In this document: positions 63,404-64,000 of the stretch, in pieces | How positions within the stretch are numbered: position 1 is the first letter of the stretch | Layout of the letters: every line of letters begins with the position of its first letter | Source of the DNA: Camelus dromedarius | Lineage: Eukaryota | Direction: 5' to 3' | Length of the DNA stretch: 64,000 nucleotides | Assembly (NCBI RefSeq): GCF_036321535.1 | Contig: NC_087436.1 | Coordinates: forward strand, 30,940,001-31,004,000 | Translations under genes and position numbers: made by a program | Notes under the pieces: generated by a model | Seen by the model: only the letters and a program-made list of their open reading frames with translations | Databases searched by the model: none | Told to the model about the DNA's origin: nothing

Positions 63404-64000
63404 GAAATCCACATTTTAGCAAGGATGTCTTTTACATTGCGTATCAATATCTGATAGCATAGCAAGTTGTATTGTGAACTTCTCCATTCCTGGAAAGCCA
63501 CCATAATCCCTATGTGAGATTTTATTTATCAGAGTTAAATCATAATGATCTAGTTTATATTAATTCCATGAATTTCATAAGACCTTTCTTATGGGCTAAC
63601 TTTAGATAGCATACTTTCTATTGAGATAGCTTATTGTATAATTTCTTTAAATTGCTGAAATACTTGCTGCCTGAGAAGAGGAAGTGGTTTACAAGGAAAA
63701 TGTCACGTAGGAACACAATATGGCGAGATTTCAAAAGAAAACTACAGTTGGGTGCAGGTAATATCTCATATCACATTGGTGTGAATGGATTTTGCAGCCT
63801 GCACTCTAATTACACTGTGCACTTCACTAATGGCTCTGTCTCCAGAGGGCCTCCCAGGAATCACCTGGCAGCTTTCCTTGGGCCCTGAGTGTATTTTAAT
63901 GTGGTGAAAAGGTAGTGAATTCACAAAACTCCCTATTCAAAGATAAAATAGAGAGTGAAAATACAGCCTTCTCCTCTAGCGGACATTGGGCACACTCCTG

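Noticed and set aside
63968..63985. CTCF-like TGTCCGCTAGAGGAGAAG (minus)
   Set aside because: The key 3' GGC positions mismatch and it is at the window edge; too weak to report.
1..64000. Prokaryote-style systems (operons, CRISPR arrays, defence islands)
   Set aside because: The DNA is mammalian with no gene-dense ORFs; the short direct repeats have only two or three diverged copies and no regular spacers.

Overview
AT-rich, CpG-depleted mammalian genomic DNA, most likely from a camelid: it carries a vic-1-type tRNA-Ala SINE, artiodactyl-type L1 3' ends and a short Tigger1 derivative. Much of the window is recognisable decayed interspersed repeat (L1, L2, MIR, L3, MaLR/ERV1 solo LTRs, Tigger/MER DNA transposons) plus microsatellites. 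Repeat family names come from my recall of consensus sequences, not from a search. The best gene-like signal is a probable ~1.9 kb terminal exon/3'UTR on the minus strand, with a splice acceptor at 36287 and tandem AATAAA at 34379-34397. I cannot name the gene; its upstream portion would lie toward and beyond the right end of the window. Other candidates are a 90-nt exon at 47806-47895, a chain of weaker minus-strand exons further left (possible lncRNA), a good CTCF motif at 26364, a small CpG-retaining promoter-like patch at 33.84 kb, several nested insertions with intact target-site duplications, an L1 5' end fused to an ORF2 3' segment, and three 60-75 bp tandem duplications. Apart from L1 ORF2 remnants, the supplied ORFs look like chance ORFs. 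I found no convincing novel biological system, CRISPR array or operon, and the findings below are modest leads.
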